Origin: Prorocentrum cordatum
Lineage: Eukaryota
Length of the DNA: 64,000 nt
Direction of reading: 5' to 3'
Assembly (NCBI GenBank): GCA_963575745.1
Contig: CAUYUJ010000137.1
Span: 372,001-436,000, forward strand
Each line of letters begins with the position of its first letter. Within the stretch, counting starts at the first letter, position 1. This document shows, piece after piece, positions 43,801 to 56,534 of this stretch. The notes below the pieces were generated by a model. The model was given only the letters and a program-made list of their open reading frames with translations. It did no database searches and was not told the origin of the DNA. A program made the translations under genes and the position numbers.

Positions 43801-43981
43801 GGGCCCTCCACCGCTCCCTGCGGAGGGCCTTCAGTGACCACAGGGGGAACAACACGCCAGACCTCTGATGGGGGACTGCGCTGTCACTTGCCAAGAGCAG
43901 CACAGCCTGGAGGATGCACGTGTGGTGTAACCACGTGACGTGGCACGACGGACTGGTGGGGATACGCGAAGCGTTAAGAAT
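40818..43981 (+). mobile_element. Hairpin-terminated element (CTGGTGGGGATA family), about 3.2 kb
   Basis: The 5' block ATGGGC....GGGGATA.TTTTT.CCTCGCGGGCGCAAGCGGAAGCGCAGGCGCCGAGTTGAAAG is shared with about 37197-37260. The motif recurs at about 41258 and 42049. The 3' end is CTGGTGGGGATA CGCGAAGCG TTAAGAAT (43953-43981). The left boundary is approximate. Confidence 0.55.
42545..43578 (+). repeat. Tandem duplication, unit about 516 bp
   Basis: TGCCTGAC.CTGAAAGTCGGGGGG at 42545 and 43061, collinear throughout (for example CACGTCGTCGGCGTACAACGC and GGGGCTGGAGGAGCCCGTGCCTGCGGGG). Confidence 0.92.
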
Positions 43982-45021
43982 TTATGTCTCTTCGGGGAAG
44001 GCGCAGAAAACTTCTCAGAAGGCCGGGGGACGTCCGAGCCTCCTGAGGAGCCCTGCCCTTTCTCACTTCCTCTGGGCTCGCCGCCGAAAAACATGGAGAG
44101 GAGGCCACAAAGCTTCGGTCCGTGTCGACGCGAGCAGCCTCATCGCAGCACCGCGCACTTGGCGACAACGCGTCGACCCACGGCGGCTTGCACATGGACG
44201 CCGCACGTGTGCGGAGGCACCTGGCCCCGCCTCCGCCGAGCTTGGCAACCACGTGCCCGATCCTGCAGTGGCCAATCGTCCCCAGCCTCCTGCTCCAAGT
44301 CCTCCTCCCCCCACTTCCCCCGACCCTCCTCATCCCCCTTCACACTGAGGGGGCGCGAAAGCACGGAGGAAGCCCTTCGCGGCAAGGCCCGCAGCCCGCC
44401 GATCCGAAACCCGGTGGCATCACGCTGAACGGGGGGCGGTCTGGGGCCCGAAGGGGCATCGACGGAGCGCGCAACCACGCATGCGTGTCAAAACTACGTT
44501 CTGTTCACAAACCTTCCGTGTCCGACACATTTCGAGACAGAGCTCTTCAAACGGTTGTGAAAACCATCTGTACTCAACATTAAGCCTGCCAGATTTATTG
44601 TACGCCTGCACGCGCGCTCGCTCACCGTCAACCTCATCAGCGCCATCGAATCGCCGCCTCCATGGTCAGCGTCAATCGCCGCTCCCGCAAGAATTCTGCA
44701 GCATCGGGCCCCATGCGAGCCAGCTCGGCACATCTACTCAACTGGCCCAGCTGATCCCGCCGCAACCCACGGGTCTCTGGAAACATCACCAAGCCGGCAC
44801 AAGAACTGCTGCTGCAAGGTTCGATCCTCGCCTTCCCCTCCTCCTCGCAGTCGCGCTTGCCCTGGGGTTGTTTTCCCTTCGTCCTGGCCTCGCACCTCAA
44901 CCGCTCAACCAATCCTGCCGGTATTTCCGATCCTCCCTCGCGCCAACTCCCGATATGCATTCCCTCCATTGCCTGTTTGATAATGTCTGAACACTGAACA
45001 CGAAAACACGCGTAAGCCCAA

Positions 45022-45702
45022 CCATACATACATAAATACTTACATGCATACATACATACATACATGCATGCATGCATGCATGCATCTACATATGTATATA
45101 TGTAAATATATACGTATACACATACAGACAGGCAGACATGCATACATACAGAACTACATACATACACACATACATACATGCATACGTACATACCGACGGA
45201 GAAGCAGACAGACAGGCAGACAGACATGCACACACATACATACATACATACATACATACATACATACATACATACATACATACATACATACATAAATACC
45301 GATATACATACATACATACATACATACATACATACATACATACATGCATGCATGCATACATGCATACATACATACATACGTACATACATACATACATGTA
45401 TACATGCATATATTTACATACATACAGACATACATGCATACAAAACCATACATACATGCATGCATGCAAACATGTAAACATACCTAAACACTTGTACCTA
45501 CCTACATGCATACATGCATGCATACATATAGACAGACAGGCAACCGGGCATACATACATACATTCATGCATCCGTACATTCACGCACACACATACACACA
45601 TGAGTAAATACATGCATGCATCCATACATACATTCCTACAGACAGACAGACATGCATACACACATAAATATACATATACCTATATACATATATATATATA
45701 TC
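45022..45702. repeat. (CATA)n tetranucleotide microsatellite
   Basis: Directly visible. Confidence 0.95.
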
Positions 45703-45877
45703 AACATCTACAACTATAATATTATATGATAATTAATTCGAGAGAGCTAGCCCACCCCGCTATATTCTGGAAAATTCCCCACCTCTTCCTCCGGAACCTG
45801 GGGGTGCCCCCCCTGCTGGACCCCTCCCCCCTTCCCCCCACACCACCCTCCCCCCATTAAACCCTCCCCCCACCGTC

Positions 45878-47090
45878 CGGAAAACCGGGGGGTCAATACC
45901 AGTTCGACCCTCCCCCTCCAAAAAACTGAGGGGGATCACTACCGGTTTGAACCCCCCGCCCCCCCCACACACTCACCGCCGGCAAACGACTCCCAGGTCC
46001 CCACCACCGACCGCACCACATCCCCCACTGCTGTCCCCAACACCTCCGTCCCCCACCACCAGTGTCCCCACTGTTCCCACCGTTGTCCCCACTGTACCCA
46101 CCAGTGCCCCAACCACTGTCGCATTGTCCCCCCTGTCCCCACCAATGTTCCCACCACGGTCCCACTCTCCCCACTTTCCCCACGGTGGATCCCAACCACT
46201 GTCCCACTGTCCCCACTGTCCCCACCACTGTCCCACTGTCCCCACTGTCCCCGCCGCTGTCCCACTGAGCTGTCCCACTATTCCCACCATTGTCCCCACT
46301 GTCCCCATCACTGTCCCCACTGTGCCACTGTCCCATTGTCCCACCACCATCCTCACCACCGCCCTCACCACCGTCCCCGCCACCACCGTCCCTAACACTG
46401 TCGCACTGTCCCCACTGTCCCCGCCACTGTCCCAGTGTCCCCACACCATCCCACCATTGTCCCCGCTGTCCCCACCAGTGCCCCCACCAGTGTCTCAATG
46501 TCCCCACTGTCCCCACCACTGTCCTTCCACAGTCCCACTCTCTCCAATTGTCCCCACTGTCCCCACCACTGTTCCACTGCCTTCACTGTCCCCGCCGCTG
46601 TCCCACTGTCCCCACTGTCCCCGCCGATGTCCCGCTGTCCCAGTCTCCGCTGTCCCCGCCACTGTCCCACTGTCTTGACTGTCCCCGCCGCTGTCCCACT
46701 GCAGCACTGTCCCATTGTCCCACCACCGTCTTCACCATCGCCCTCACCACTGTCCCCACCACTACCGTCCCCATCACAGTCCCACTGTCCCCAGTCCCCA
46801 CCAGTCCCCACCACTGTCCCGCTGTCCCCTCACCACTGTCCCCACCACCACCGTCCCAACCACTGTCCCACTGTCCCCACCACTGACCCACCGTCCCCAC
46901 ACCACTGTCCCCACCACCACCGTCCCGACCACTGTCCCAATGTCCCCACCAATGTCCCGAGGAGCGGGAATCGTTTGCTGGTGGCGACGGGGGGGGGTCG
47001 AACCAGTAGTGACCCACCTCCCTTTTCATGATGGACTATGGGGAAGGGCGAGGGGGGGGGGTCGAACCTGTGGAGACCCCCATGGTTTTC
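45878..47090. mobile_element. Inverted-repeat element enclosing a 9-bp (CCACTGTCC)n satellite
   Basis: The left arm GAAAACCGGGGGGTC...TTCGACCC...TCACTACCGGTTTGAACCCCCC...GCAAACGACTCCC mirrors the right arm GGGAATCGTTTGC...GGGGGTCGAACCAGTAGTGA...GGGTCGAA...GACCCCCATGGTTTTC. The satellite spans about 46020-46960. Confidence 0.75.
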
Positions 47091-47239
47091 GAGGGGGGGG
47101 ACGGGATGGGAGCCCCCAGTGACCCCCGCCCGGTTTTCCGCCAGCAGCGGTAGAACACATTTTTTCACATAGTAATACACATTACAGCCTCCGTGGACCC
47201 CAACTGTGTGTGCCTAGCTTTTTGCGTGGACCAAACCAT

Positions 47240-49920
47240 GTTGTACTGTCTACGTGGAGCAATCTACGTGGTGTAATTAATATTTGGCCGTCTTGAAGCT
47301 GTCCTCTCCACTGCTCGTGCAAACATCCCACCCTCCCACCAGCAACTTGGTCGCAAGACCTCTTAGGACAAGACCGTGACGGTACGTACCACATGACACT
47401 TGGCCACGACACCGACGCCGACGACGACAGCGACAACGACGACGACGGCGCCACCGACACCGACTACGACGACACCGACGACGTCTCCAACGACTTCGAC
47501 GACGACAACGACGACACCGACGACGACGACGACGACGTCAACGACGCCGCCGACGACGACGACGACGATGACGACGGCGACTACGACAACACGGACGTCG
47601 TCTCCGACGACTTCGACGACGCCAACGACGCCGACGCCGACGACGACGAAGACGACGACGACGTCGCCAACGAAGACGACGACGAGGGAGGAGGAAGGAC
47701 GACGACGGCGACAATGACGACAACGACGACAACGACGAGGGAGGAGGGAGGACGGCGACGACGCGAACGACGAAAAAGGAGGAAGGACGGCGGCGCCGAC
47801 GACGACGACGACGAGGGAGGAGGGAAGACGACGACGACAACAGCGACGACGACGGCGACGAAATAGGAGGGACGACGACGAGACGCCGACGACGGACGAC
47901 GACGACGACGAGGGAGGAGGAGGAAGGACGACCACGGCAACAACGACGACGGAAACGACCACGACGCCAAAGAGGACGACGACGACGAACACGAGGAAAG
48001 ACAGAGGACGACGTAGGCGACCACGACGACGACGACGCGGGAAGAGGGAGGACGGCGACGACGACGACGACGACGACGCAAGAGCGCGCGCGCACGCTTT
48101 TGTTGAAAATCCGTGTTGCGAAACCTTGTGGGTGTTCCGAGGTTTTTTGGACACACGATTTTGGAATCCTTCCGAAACCGATGGGTGCTGAAGGTTTTCG
48201 GCGTACGCGCGCGACGACGCGCGCGTCTGTACTTCGTCCCAGTTTTTTGCATAGGATTCTCGCGACGGCACACGCGCAAGAGCGTTCGACAGATTTCGAC
48301 ATGCGCGCGCGAAGCCCGTTCAGCAGCATGTTGTGAATAGATTGAAAAACCGATGGTTGTCTTAAGATTTCGCAAGAATTCGCGCGGAAGTTTTTTAGCA
48401 AATCAATGTTGCGAACATATGTGTTTTTGCATGTTTTTTGGAAACTCGATTGCGAAATCATTCCGGCACCGAAGGTTTTTGAAGGATTTCGGCATGCGCG
48501 CGCGACGACGCGCGCGTGCACACTTCGTCGCATTTGTTGCAAGGGAGTCGCGAAAGAAAATGTTATGCTAGAACAAAAAGTGTCACCGCATATTGTTTTT
48601 TCTTTCACCAGGGACCCTGAGGGGGGGATGCCGGCTGGCCCGGGACATTGCGATCTCATATTTAGGATGGGCATGTGGACATAATCTCAAATGATTTACA
48701 TATCCGAACAGGGGGGCGATAACGCCGGGGGGGGGTAGATCCTATTCTGTTTTTAGAAAAGAGAACCCAACCTGAGAAATCGGTGTGGACATTTTACGTG
48801 GCGAAGTCTACGTGGTGTAACTGACTAATACAAACGAATCAACACATTCCATGTCCTTGCAAAACAAATCACCCACCCACCAGCAACTTGGCTTGCAACA
48901 GCCCATGCGGCGGCGGTTGCGATGATTGTTTGGTGTTTGCTGGTTCATCTCTGCGGCCGCGCCAGCCCGCGCATGCTCGCGCGCGCCGCGGCCAGCTAGT
49001 TTGGCGCGGCCGACGCGGCCGCGCTGGCGCAGACCGCTGGGCACTTCCCAACGGGCACTTCAGTGCGAGTCGGCGACTTTGGCGGGCGCGGTAGCATCGC
49101 AACGTCGACAACGGTAGAACAAATGATAGTAGCGACGCTGGTGGCGATGATGGCAACGACGACGGCAAAACCAGTAACGGCGCCGATCCCGATCATGCCG
49201 GCGACGATGACATTGCCCTCGCGTCGGTGATGCAGGTTTTGGAAGAGTTCGACATGCGCGCGCCGCCGACGCGCGAGAGTGGCCCGCATCGTATTACTTG
49301 ATACGGACCGTGCACCCGCAACACGCGCGTGAGCGCGTTTGACTGATTTTAACATGCGGCGCGAGAGGCCCGTTTGGCTGAAGTTGGTGGGAATGTTGGA
49401 ACCATTACGTTGTCCTCATCATAACAGCGCGGGTGCCGTATTTTTGCTTGCTTTTGATCACTGGCGTTGGAACATCACACGATTGTTGACATGCTCGATT
49501 TGTTTTAAAACTGGTTGTTGAAGGATTCGGGCGTGCGCGCGCGACGACGCGCGCGTGCATTTCGCCGAATGGCTTGCAAACGATCCTTGAAACAGCACGC
49601 GCGCAGGGGCGTTCGAACGATATCGGCACGCCCGCGCGTGAGGCTTGTATGGCAGTTTGTTGCGAACAAATTGGGGGCCGCTGGTTTTCCCAAGAATTCG
49701 CAAGAGCGCGGACGCACGTTCTTATTTGAGAATTCTCAATGCGAAGCCATGTTTGTTTTCATGTTCTCGGGACACTCGACTTTGAAATCCTTGCGAAGCC
49801 ACTGAATTTTGAATGATTTTGGCATGCGCACGCGACGACGCGCGCGTGCGCACGACGTCCCATTTGTTGCAAGGGATTGTTGAAAATTGCTGATTTTCAA
49901 AAGCAAATGCGCGCGCATAG
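47240..49920 (+). repeat. GAC-rich macro-repeat: one full copy plus a degenerate tandem copy
   Basis: CTACGTGGTG ... GCAAACATCCCACCC ... (GAC)n ... GCAAGAGCGCGCGCGCACGCTTTTGTTGAAAATCC ... GATAACGCCGGGGGGG, which restarts at about 48790. Confidence 0.85.
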
Positions 49921-50090
49921 TAATGTGTGGCAAAAGAGGATGGGGAGGGAGGCCGGCACTGGCCTGTCTGTGATGGTACGCGTGCATTTATCAGATGGAC
50001 GAGGGGCACAACCGCATGTAAATTTCAAAACGAAAAAGGAAAGTCGTTGATTCTGTTTTTTGCAGAGGTCCCCGAAAGGCGTGCCGCGAA

Positions 50091-50173
50091 ATCGCTATAC
50101 ACATACAAGAATTTCTCACCCATAGACCATACATCGCTATACACATACAAGAATTTCTCACCCATAGACCATA
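50091..50173 (+). repeat. Perfect 41-bp direct repeat, period 42
   Basis: ATCGCTATACACATACAAGAATTTCTCACCCATAGACCATA at 50091 and 50133. Confidence 0.95.
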
Positions 50174-50382
50174 ACTCAGAGCCTCATCTCAATGTCCCCC
50201 TCCTCCTCGTCCTCCTCCACCCTCTCCACGTTCCCCTCCTCCTCGCCCCCCTCCTCGTGTTCCTGGTCCGCTTCGCCTCGTCATATTCGATGATTCGCCC
50301 CCCCCCCCCCTATCCTCCGCCTCATCTCCATTCGCCTGTCCCGTCCTCCTTTTTCTCACCAGCACGCGCGCCCGATTCGACA

Positions 50383-50732
50383 TCAGTTGCACGCCTTGCA
50401 CTTCAGGGTGCCTTTTGTTGGCGTCTCGCCGGGCAATGCGCGGGTCGGGGAACGCCGACTTCGGTAGCCTTCTCTCGCACGCGCCGCTGCACTGATACGG
50501 CTGGCGACTGCGGGCTGTGAACCCGAAGTCCTTGCAGCCTCCGCACACCACTTTGGCTCCTTTCGCCTTTCGATGATGTTCCACTTGGTTGGGCTACAAA
50601 TGTTTCGCGTCCGAGAACGCTCCTCCGCACGTCGCGCACGTCAGCGGCTTCGCGTCCGCCTCGGCTTTCCGTTTGCGATTCGCTGCCTCCGCATTGCCCC
50701 GTCGCACCTCTCTCTCTCTCTCTCTCTCTCTC

Positions 50733-50769
<37 letters not shown>

Positions 50770-50965
50770 TTGTTCCACGCATTTCTGACAGAGCCTCTCC
50801 CCCGCAGTTTCGTGCTTCTTCTGAGCTTCTGACATCTCCGCCTTTCCGTCGTACATCGCGGGCGCGTTCGTTCCACGCTCTCGTTCCACTTCGCGTTGCC
50901 TTTCCGCGACTTTTGCTTGGCTTTGACATGGCTGCACGTCGCGCAGTACATTGTCCTAATCCGTT
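50383..50965 (-). pseudogene. Decayed CxxC-repeat (zinc-binding-like) ORF
   Basis: Across frames: YCATCS, LCQKCV, TCATCGG, VVCGGCKDFGFT, YQCSGACERRLPKSAF and GTLKCKACN-stop. Broken by frameshifts, a stop codon and a (GA)n tract. Confidence 0.5.
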
Positions 50966-51715
50966 TCGTCTCCCCGTCGTCGACCGCCACATCCGCGTCC
51001 CTTGGGCCGTCTTGGGCGCCTCTTGGGTCGTCTTAGGGCCCTCTCGGGCTGTGTTGATCCTCTTGGGAGCACCCTGGGCCGTCCTGGACGGGGTTTGGGG
51101 GCCTCTTGGGCCGTCACCGACGCCGTGGAGGCCGAAAACTCGCGCATACTCAACATGCACGTTTTCCTTAGGAAAATCAGATGTTTTTTAGCGTTTGGGG
51201 GCGCCCCGTGGGCGCCTTGTGGGGCGTCGTGGAGCCCCCCTGGGCAGTCTTGGGCGGTCTTGGACTCTCTCGGAGCGTTCTTGGGCGTCTTGGAAGTATC
51301 TTCGGCCGTCTTGAACCCCTCTTGGACCGTCGTGAGCGCCCAAAACGGCACAAGAAACGCCCAAAAGACCCCCAACACGCCCCGAGCGGCCATTCACACT
51401 CATCCATCCGCCCCACCCCCCTCCCCAGGACCCCTCCCTCGAGGTCTTCGCCCAAACACAACGTCATCACTCGTACCTGGTTCTTTCCGTCACGTGGACC
51501 AGCACGGGAACGGAAAGGGCGTTTCAAGGACTTGCCCGCGATAGCTCGCGTAATCACAGCCTTGGCGCTGGAAGCGATGTTTCACACCACTGTGCGCAAT
51601 CGCAACCTTGGTGATCGAAACTCGTTACGTCATCGTTCTTAGCGGTAGCCTTGGCGTTCGGATTTTGTTCCAATTCCCCGCGCTCCCGAGAGCCGTGGCG
51701 TTGAACGACTTGTCA

Positions 51716-52145
51716 CCTCCTCCTCCTCCTTCTCCACCTCTTCCTCCTCCCCCTCCTCCTCTTCCTCCTCCTCATCATCCTCCTCCCCCTCCTGCCTCCT
51801 GCTCCTCCTCATCCTCATCGTCCACCTCTTCCTCCTCCTCCTCCTCCTCCTCCTCCTCCTCCTCCTCCTCCTCCTCCCTCCTCCTCCTCCTCCTCCTCCT
51901 CCTCCTCTCCTCCTCCTCCTCCTCCTCCTCCTCCTCCTCCTCCTCCTCCTCCTCCTCCTCCTCCTCCTCACCCCTCCCCCTCCCCTCCCCCTCCCCCTCC
52001 TCCTCCTCCTCCTCCTCCTCCTCCTCCTCCTCCTCCTCCTCCTCCCTCCTCCTCCTCCTCCTCCTCCTCCTCCTCCTCCTCCTCCTCCTCCTCCCCCTCT
52101 GCCTCATTCCCCATCCATCCCCCCTTCCCCCTCCACCCCTTCCGC
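51716..52145. repeat. (CCT)n microsatellite
   Basis: Directly visible. Confidence 0.95.
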
Positions 52146-52958
52146 CTCGGCCTCTTGGGAGCGGACCTCTTGGAAGCCTGTTGGTGGCTGGCCAAGAGGT
52201 CCCCAGGACGGCCCGGGAGGGCCTCAAGACGACACCGAGAGAGGCCTAAGAAAGCACCACGAGCTTCCCAAGAAAGCCCCAACAGGCCGCCAAGAGAAGG
52301 CCCTCTTCGGCCGTCTTGACGGTATCGGGATAAAGCCGTCTCTCCCCGCTTTCGCCGCTGGGAGCCTTGACGTGATGAGCTGTCTGCGTTACCGATCACT
52401 CTTTATTTGCCCTGGGTCTTCTGGGCCGTCCTCTTGGGGCCTTTTAGGGGTTCTTTTGGACTGTCTTGGGGCCCTCTTGAACCGTCTTGGGACCACTTGG
52501 GACGTCCAGTTTTCTCGAATGCTGAGGGCTAAACCGATAACTCTCAGAAGGTATTGCATGCTTCCCCGATTGCGGAAAAACGCCTGACGGGGAGCTGACC
52601 AGGTCTTCCAAATTGTGGTGAGAGTTTCACCGATAACTCTCAGAAGGTCTCCCGTGCTTCCCCGATTGTGGGAAAACGCCTCACGGGCTGGCAGGCCCCT
52701 TAGGGGCGGCGCGGGCGGGCCGGAGCCCAGCCCCTTGCATCTCAAAGTAAGACAACCATAAGGTAAGCTGCACTGAATGCTATCATAAGATATTGCATCC
52801 TAAACGAAGGTTATAGACGAAAGGTAAGCTGCATTGAATGCCGCGCTGCAGGGACCAGACATTGCAAGACGAGAGAAAACGACTAATGATGATTGACGAT
52901 TTCGCGCTGCTATCACAAGGAATACAAGGGGTCGGCGGATGTGGCGCAAGCCTGTAGA

Positions 52959-55170
52959 ATCCACGTCCGGAAGTGACGTGTTGCTGGAGGCAGGTCCGCG
53001 GATGCTGTAATGCAATGGATCCAATGTGCCCAATGCTAGCATAATTCCTACAACTTGTATCATGTTACATTATGATGTGTCCCCCCCTACCCCCCCTGGA
53101 GTCGCGCCACTTCCATCGACCCTCAGGAGGAGGGCCCCTTCTGGGCCTCAAAATCTAGAAAAACCTATGGAAAACCGATGATTTGGGCACCTTGAGCCTT
53201 TTGGGGATCCAAGAGGGCGTGAAGACGGTTCAAGATGGTGTCAAGACGGGACAAGACGGCCCCAAGACGGCCCAATATGGCCCCAATAGGGCCCACGAAG
53301 CCCCCAAGATTGCCCAAGAGGGCCCTCAGAGCGCCCACCAGAACGCCGCCAGAGGCCAAAAACATCGATTTTCCTTAAGTTGTTTCAACGAATTTCGCGT
53401 TCTCGCCTTTCCCGGCTCTCAGAGGCCCATGACGGCCCTAGCAGCCTCCAAAATTGCCCCAAGACAGCCCAAGCAGCACCCAAGGGGGCCCCAAGACGGC
53501 CCAAAGAGGCCCCCAAGACGATCCAAGAGGCCTCCAAGACGGCCCAAGAGCACCCCAAGATGGCCCAAGACGACCCCAAGAGGGCCCCAAGGCGGCCGCG
53601 AGCGGCCCCCAAGAAGTCCCCCGAAGGGGCCAAACGGCTCCAAGCGTCCGCAGACGGCCCAAGACGCCCCCAAGAGGCCCCCCGAAAGACCCGGGAAGCC
53701 CCGAAGAAGCCCCCATGACCCCCCCAAAAGATTCCGAAATTGCGCCCCAAAACGGCCCAAGACGCCCCCAAAAAAAACCCAAGAGGCTTTCAGGGGTTCT
53801 CAAATCCACGTCTGGAAGTGACGTGTTGCCGGAGGCAGGTCGCGCAGCGGAGCGGAAACCCTAACGCAATGGATCCCATGTATCCAATGATTGCGTAATT
53901 GCTACAGATTGCATTGTGTTACATTGTTATATCTCCCCCCCCTACCCCCCCCCCGGAGCCGCGCCACTTCCGTCGACCCCAAGGTGGAGGGCCCCTTGTG
54001 GGCCCAACAACAAAAAAAAAAACCTATAAGAAATCAACAAATTCGGCCTCTTGGGCCCCTTGGGGCCCCAAGAAGGTTTCAAGACGGCCCAAGATGGTCC
54101 CAAGACAGCCCAAGCCGGCCTCAAGACGGCCCAAGATGGCCCCAAGAGGGCCCATGAGGCCCCCCAAAATATCCAAGAGGCCCCCAAAAAGACTCCCGAG
54201 AGCCCGAGAGCGCCTCCAGAGGCCAAAATCTTTGATTTTCCTATAGTTCTGGGACAATTTCAACGTTCTCGCCTTTTTCGGCTCTCAGAAAGCCATGACG
54301 GCCCAAGTAGCCTCCAAAAAGGCCCCCAAACGGCCCAAGAGGCCTCCAAGGGGGGCCCAAGACTCTTGGCCCAAGACGGCCCAAGAGGGCCCCGAAACAG
54401 CCAAAAAAGCTTCCAAGACGGCCCACGAAGCCCCCAAAACGGCCCCAGAGGACCCCAAGAGAGCCCCAAGGCGGCCGCGAGAGGCTCCCAAAGTGGCCTC
54501 CGAAGTGGCCAGACGGCGTAAGAGCGCCCAAAGACGGCCCCAAGACGCCCACAAGAGGCCCCCAGAGGCTCCAAAGAGGGCCACGAACGGCCCAGGAGGG
54601 CCCCAAAACGGCTCAAAGAGGCCCCCAAGGCGGTCCAAAAAAACCCTGAGACGGCCCAAGAGGACCCCAAGAGAACCCCAAGGCGGCCGCGAGAGGCCCC
54701 CAAGACGGCCTCCGAAGGGGCGGAACGGCGCAAAAACGCTCCAAGACGGCCCAAGATGCCCCCAAGAGGCCCCGAGAGGCCCCCAAGAGGCCCCCAAGGA
54801 ACTCCCCCCAAAAAACCTAGAGGCCTCCAAAAAATCCCCAAGAAGCCTCCAAGAGGCCTCAAAGAAGCCCCCACAAGGCCACACAACGACTGGAGCGTAA
54901 TGTTGTTTCCCCCCCTGGGCGAACGACGGCGCAGCGCCAGCCAGGTGGAAATTGGTCACGGCGGCGCGCATGATTAGAGCCGGCGCTGGAAGGGAAGATG
55001 GGGAGGGAGTGTGAGAAGGAGGGGGGGGGGAGAGGCCCCAAAGAATCCCCCAAGAGGCCCAAAGAAGCTCCCAAGAGGCCTCCAGGAGGCACCCAGGAGG
55101 CTCCCTAAAAGGCCCCGCGACGACGTGACTGTACGTGCTCCGGACGTGCACCCCGCGAAGCGAGAGGAAT
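52959..55170 (+). mobile_element. Hairpin-terminated element (CACGTCCGGA family) with two 5' ends and one 3' end
   Basis: AATCCACGTC(C/T)GGAAGTGACGTG at 52958 and about 53803, each followed by a homologous ~200-bp block. The 3' end is TCCGGACGTG (55139-55148), CGCGAAGCG (55154-55162), AGAGGAAT. Confidence 0.75.
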
Positions 55171-56358
55171 CGTTGATTCCGTGGGGGAGTAGGTCCTGTT
55201 ATTCTTGTCGAAGGGAGAACTTTTGTTGTACAGTAGTTCGTGTGCAATACATGTTGTGCACGTTACGTGGTGCGATCTATGTGCAGCAACCAACGTGGTG
55301 CAATACCTCTTGTAATATAGGTATAGAGAGAGAGAGAGAGAGAGAAAGAAAGAGAGAGATGTGTTGATCGGTCTGTGCTGGGCATTTGATGTGGTGCAGT
55401 AGCCCTTGAGCAATGCATGCTGTGCAATATATGTGGGGCAGTCTACGTGGTGCAATCAATTCCTGTTCGCAATGAGTTGTCCACTCCACTGCTCGCGCAA
55501 ACATCCCACCCACCCACCCGCAACTTGGTTTGCAAAATCTCTTAAGACCGTGACGGTGGGTACAAAATGGCACTTGGCAACGACAGCGACGCCGACGACG
55601 ACAGCGACAACGACGACGACGCCGCCGACAACGACTACGATGACACCGACGACGTCTCCAACGATTTCGACGACGCCCGCAACGACGACAAGGCCGACGA
55701 CGACGACGACGCCGACGCCGACGACGACAACGACGATGACAACGACGACGATGACGACGCTGACGACGACAACGGCGACACCGACGACGACGACGTCAAC
55801 GACGCCGAAGACGACGACGACGCCGCCGACGTCGACGACGACGACGACGACGACGACGCCGACGCCAACGACGACGACGAAGACGACGACGACGTCGCCA
55901 ACGAAGACGACGACGAGGGAGGAGGGAGGACGACGACGGCGACAATGACGACAACGACGAGGGAGGAGGGAGGACGGCGACGACGCGAACGACGAAGAAG
56001 GAGGAAGGACGGCAACGCCGACGACGACAACGACGAGGGAGGAGGGAGGACGACGACGACGACGACGACGATGACGACGACGACGGCGACGAAATAGGAG
56101 GGACGACGACGAGACGCCGACGACGGACGACGACGACGAGGGAGGAAGAGGAAGGACGACCACGGCGACAACGACGACGGAAACGACCACGACGCCAAAC
56201 GACGACGACGAACACGAGGAAAGACAGAGGACGACGTAGGCGACGACGACGACGGCAACGCGGGAGGAGGGAGGGGGGCGATGACGACGACGACGCCGCA
56301 AGAGCGCGCGCGCACGCTTTTGTTGAAAATCCGTGTTGCGAAACCTTGTGTTTTTGTA

Positions 56359-56534
56359 CAGACGGGGCGTTGACCAGAGGAACCCTAAATAAGGAACGAG
56401 GCCACCTTTTTCCATAAGTTCAATTTCGATCTCCTATCGAAAACATAAGGACAACCTGAGGCAAGCTGTGAAACACTTAAGGAACGCGGAGCCCGTCCCC
56501 AACCAAAAGGGTTCCTTCTTCAGGGCCCCGACTG
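56359..56534. mobile_element. 176-bp Tc1/mariner-type MITE with TA target-site duplication
   Basis: TA[CAGACGGGGCGTTGACCAGAGGAACCCT ... AGGGTTCCTTCTTCAGGGCCCCGACTG]TA. The empty site TGTTTTTGTAGGTTTTTTGG is present in the sister repeat unit at about 57761-57780. Confidence 0.9.
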
